Of a stretch of 64,000 nt of DNA, positions 60,963-64,000 are shown piece after piece. Position numbers and translations under genes: made by a program. The DNA is from Kudoa neothunni (lineage: Eukaryota > Animalia > Cnidaria). The DNA lies in NCBI GenBank assembly GCA_964304625.1, contig OZ199838.1, positions 7,865,197 through 7,929,196 on the forward strand, given 5' to 3'. The notes under the pieces are model-generated. The model made no database searches and was not told the origin of the DNA. It worked only from the letters and a program-made list of their open reading frames with translations. Each line of letters starts with the position of its first letter. The first letter of the stretch is position 1.

Positions 60963-63288
60963 CCCTTTCGTACCCAAATTTTTTATTTCGTTTCACGATT
61001 TTTTTAAATATATTACAAGCACTCAATATCCTGTATTTAACGATTTTATTGTGATAAAAACTAATTCGACATAATTTCAGCTGTTTTTAATCTGGGTACT
61101 GAGGTGGACATTTGGCATCGGTGGTAAATAACGATTTTGCGCATTTAATTGCGCACAAAAACAAACAAACAAAATTTGAAAATTTCTTAGATATTTAGAC
61201 TATGATAATTTAAAAAACTGTTTCTATCTTTCACAACACGACAAAAGGAATATCATTTAGTGCATTTAAATTGAGTTTTTCGTTGGCACATTTTACATCT
61301 GGATTTAATTGACACTATTTCAGGAAAATGCCCTACGTTATACAGTCGAATATGATTACTGAGAGGATGTGCTCTTATTGTAGATCGTTCATATTTATCA
61401 TCAATTTTTTCCAAAGAATTATTAGGAGAAGGTTTACCACGTTTTTCCGGAGCACTTGCTATTTGGTAATAACGAAGACTTTCGTTTATTTTCAATGAAA
61501 AATTCATCAAGTCTAGTCTATCTCTCTTAGGAATTTTTTAAATCTTACATTTTCGTTTGTGTAATAATCATGCATTTATAATACATGTATTGAGGGCGCA
61601 GAAGAAAATTCGCATGTAATATTTCTTACATTTATGTTTCGTTATGTAGAGCGACATCAACATATCTGAAAGGTCCACTTCTCCCATATATTGGTTATAT
61701 TCGTCTACAACTGTAGGATACGGAATGTCAATCATGATTTTTTGGAGCGGCCAAATCTTTTCGCCATTTTGATCGGTTGGATTGAAGAATGGGTAGATGA
61801 GAGAATTACAACAGATCCATCAAACCAACGCTTTATGGAAATATTATTATTAGAGTCGTGCACACTCTCAAATGCCCCTCGTCCCTGGTTTTTTAAATCA
61901 GTCTCATTCTGTAACGGACATCCTCCTGCTCTATTTTTGCGAATGGTTCCCACCGAGTAAATGCTCTTTTTTTAATAAAATTTGAAGGGGAATGAATGTA
62001 AACCAGTTGTTGAAATTGACAAAATAAATTTTGGACAAGGGAAAACTCTCGCGCAACTTTTAACCACATCAGGTTTTTTCGCATCATCAAACAAAAATCA
62101 TGCACTAGCCCCTTAACTCCACACCTCGCGAACATTTTAAATCCCCATTTCGTCGGTTTATTCGGAGCATATTGTTTCGCTTTACACCTACCTTTGAATG
62201 GAATAATTTGCTTGTCAATTGAATTCTTTCGCCCACATTCAACTTACAAACAATTTGTTCTAATCGAATACAAAACCGGTCGAATCTTTGCAAATTTATC
62301 ATATTCTGAAGAATTCGGATTTGTGATAATTTTTGAATTATCAGTGAAGTGTAAATATTTTGAAATATTTTCGATGTGGATTCTCGACATGAACTCAGAA
62401 AAAGGTAGGTAATTTAGAGTTTTAGACCAATAGCAACGATATCTCGGTATTTTAACAATTCCCGTGGTAATCAACGTTCCTATCAACTTTTTATCTTCTT
62501 TACCAATTTGAAAACTAGAATTTTGCTGAACCGAATATAAATTTGTTTGTTCAATAATTAACAGAACCAGATCTTCATTGAAAAGGAAGTTGATATAATC
62601 TATCGGTAACTTCACTAAAAACAATATCTTCAGTCTCCGAATTATTTGGCATATTTGCAAAGGTTTCACTTATATTCCATTTAAAGGTTGGTACAACTTC
62701 CTCATCAGAACAGTCTGAATCTTGATTATTTTCGGTGTACGCTTCAAGCACCCTTCGTTTGAGATTCTGCGTTCCAAAATCTTGAACGTATTCTTCTGGA
62801 TCAGAAATATCGGCATTAGGAAATGCCACAATTTCAGTTGTCGTGTTTCCCTCTTTTGAGCATTTAAAAACCGAATCGTGATCCATGTATTCGAAAGCCG
62901 GAGATCCACGAATGCCAAATGTCCATCCTAGTACCCACGTGTTGATTGGTCATTATCTTTTGATAGGTTGCTATATATCTTATGAAATATAGCGCACCAA
63001 ACCACGTTTTAACGTTTCACAATTTGAATTTTTTTTCGACAAGAAAAAACTGGCTACATATGCATAAATGTGAATTTCTTGTATTCCTTGTTGATTTTAT
63101 GTAAGGATTACTATTAAACTTATTATAAATGCTAGGTCTCTTAGTTTACATAATCGGCCATTACTGAAAACAAACATTTAACTTTATAGAATGCTATAAT
63201 TCAACAAATTATTTAAATAAATTTAACTTACATATTTACGGGATGTTTAATTTTTTGGGTACTAGGATGTACATTTGGAATGAAAGGG
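60963..63288 (-). mobile_element. Degenerate piggyBac transposon (2,326 bp)
   Basis: TTAA at 60959-60962 and 63289-63292. CCCTTTC termini. Internal repeats TGGGTACT..G.ACATTTGG at about 61093, 62912 (inverted) and 63256. Fragments EQTNLY, YDKFAKIRP, GTIRKNR and RCKMC. Confidence 0.88.
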
Positions 63289-64000
63289 TTAAAATCTAAA
63301 CAGTGTCTCATTGGAAAATGAAAGGTATTTGCTAGGTTGTGCTGTATTTATTGTAGTAGACGTAGCAGGCGCGCAAGGGAATGAAAACATGATGCAAACA
63401 ACAAGAAATACGTCGGTAGCCGACAGACTACGAATAACTATTAATGCGCGTTATTCGTCGCGGGCTACACAGATGCTAACCTATAAACCTGCCAATTAAT
63501 TTTAGCCATGATTGTTATTAGTTTATTAGTATATTTTTGGAATATTGATGGAAACTACGTTTTTCGACTATTTTAAGTATCACTACGATTTTTCTTTCAA
63601 TGTAATAATTTGTTTATTATTTCATTAATTCTTATATTGTGGTTTCGGACCACATGTAATTATTCCTAAACAACCCACAGACAGCCATGGTTCGTCTCAT
63701 CTCTTTTAAGTCGAGATTTATTCTGTTTATTTATTGCAAGCAGTTCATAACGGTCGATATATTTGTATTATTATTAATTATTAATCATCTTTGCAATAAA
63801 TAATAATTTTTGATTCATTATGAACATATGATTCATTTTTATTGAATTTTTAATTTCCCTCCATATCAGAATCGGCGGCATCCTTGTGCGCATGCGCCAG
63901 GCAGGTTCGCTCTAAAGCGAGAAATCGCCTGATATTCTGTAGCTGGCGCATTCGTTTATGTTTCAAACAATATTTTCACGGCTATTTTAGTTTGAGGAAT

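Noticed and set aside
63901-63940. Hammerhead ribozyme (GAAA and CTGATA near a stem)
   Set aside because: The core elements are in the wrong order and there is no complete CUGANGA.
1-64000. CRISPR arrays, rRNA, tRNA or prokaryotic operons
   Set aside because: No regularly spaced repeat-spacer array or RNA gene structure seen. The IS630-like and IS1595-like proteins are eukaryotic Tc1 and Merlin elements in an intron-containing context.

Overview
This is AT-rich eukaryotic DNA, almost certainly animal, dominated by transposable elements. It contains one host gene: a four-domain voltage-gated calcium channel alpha1-like gene (Cav1/Cav2 type) on the + strand at 20581-53176. The ORF track misses it because it is split into about 36 short exons. 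I traced it by hand as one open frame of about 1,475 aa. Most introns are 37-61 nt, and four (2.9-11.3 kb) are filled with transposons. The predicted channel is very unusual: its selectivity-filter positions read H/S/Q/E instead of E/E/E/E and its S4 voltage sensors have lost many basic residues, yet the beta-subunit-binding AID core and the C-terminal EF-hand region are kept. The rest of the window holds Ty3/gypsy, BEL/Pao, Tc1/IS630 (one intact copy), pogo/Tigger, piggyBac, hAT, MULE, Merlin and Helitron-like elements, often nested. One gypsy element is full length (4,155 bp) with 96/97-bp LTRs and a clear -1 frameshift signal. Several DNA transposases (MULE, pogo, Merlin) carry host-style introns of about 40 nt. 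All calls come from manual reading and motif recall; no searches were run.
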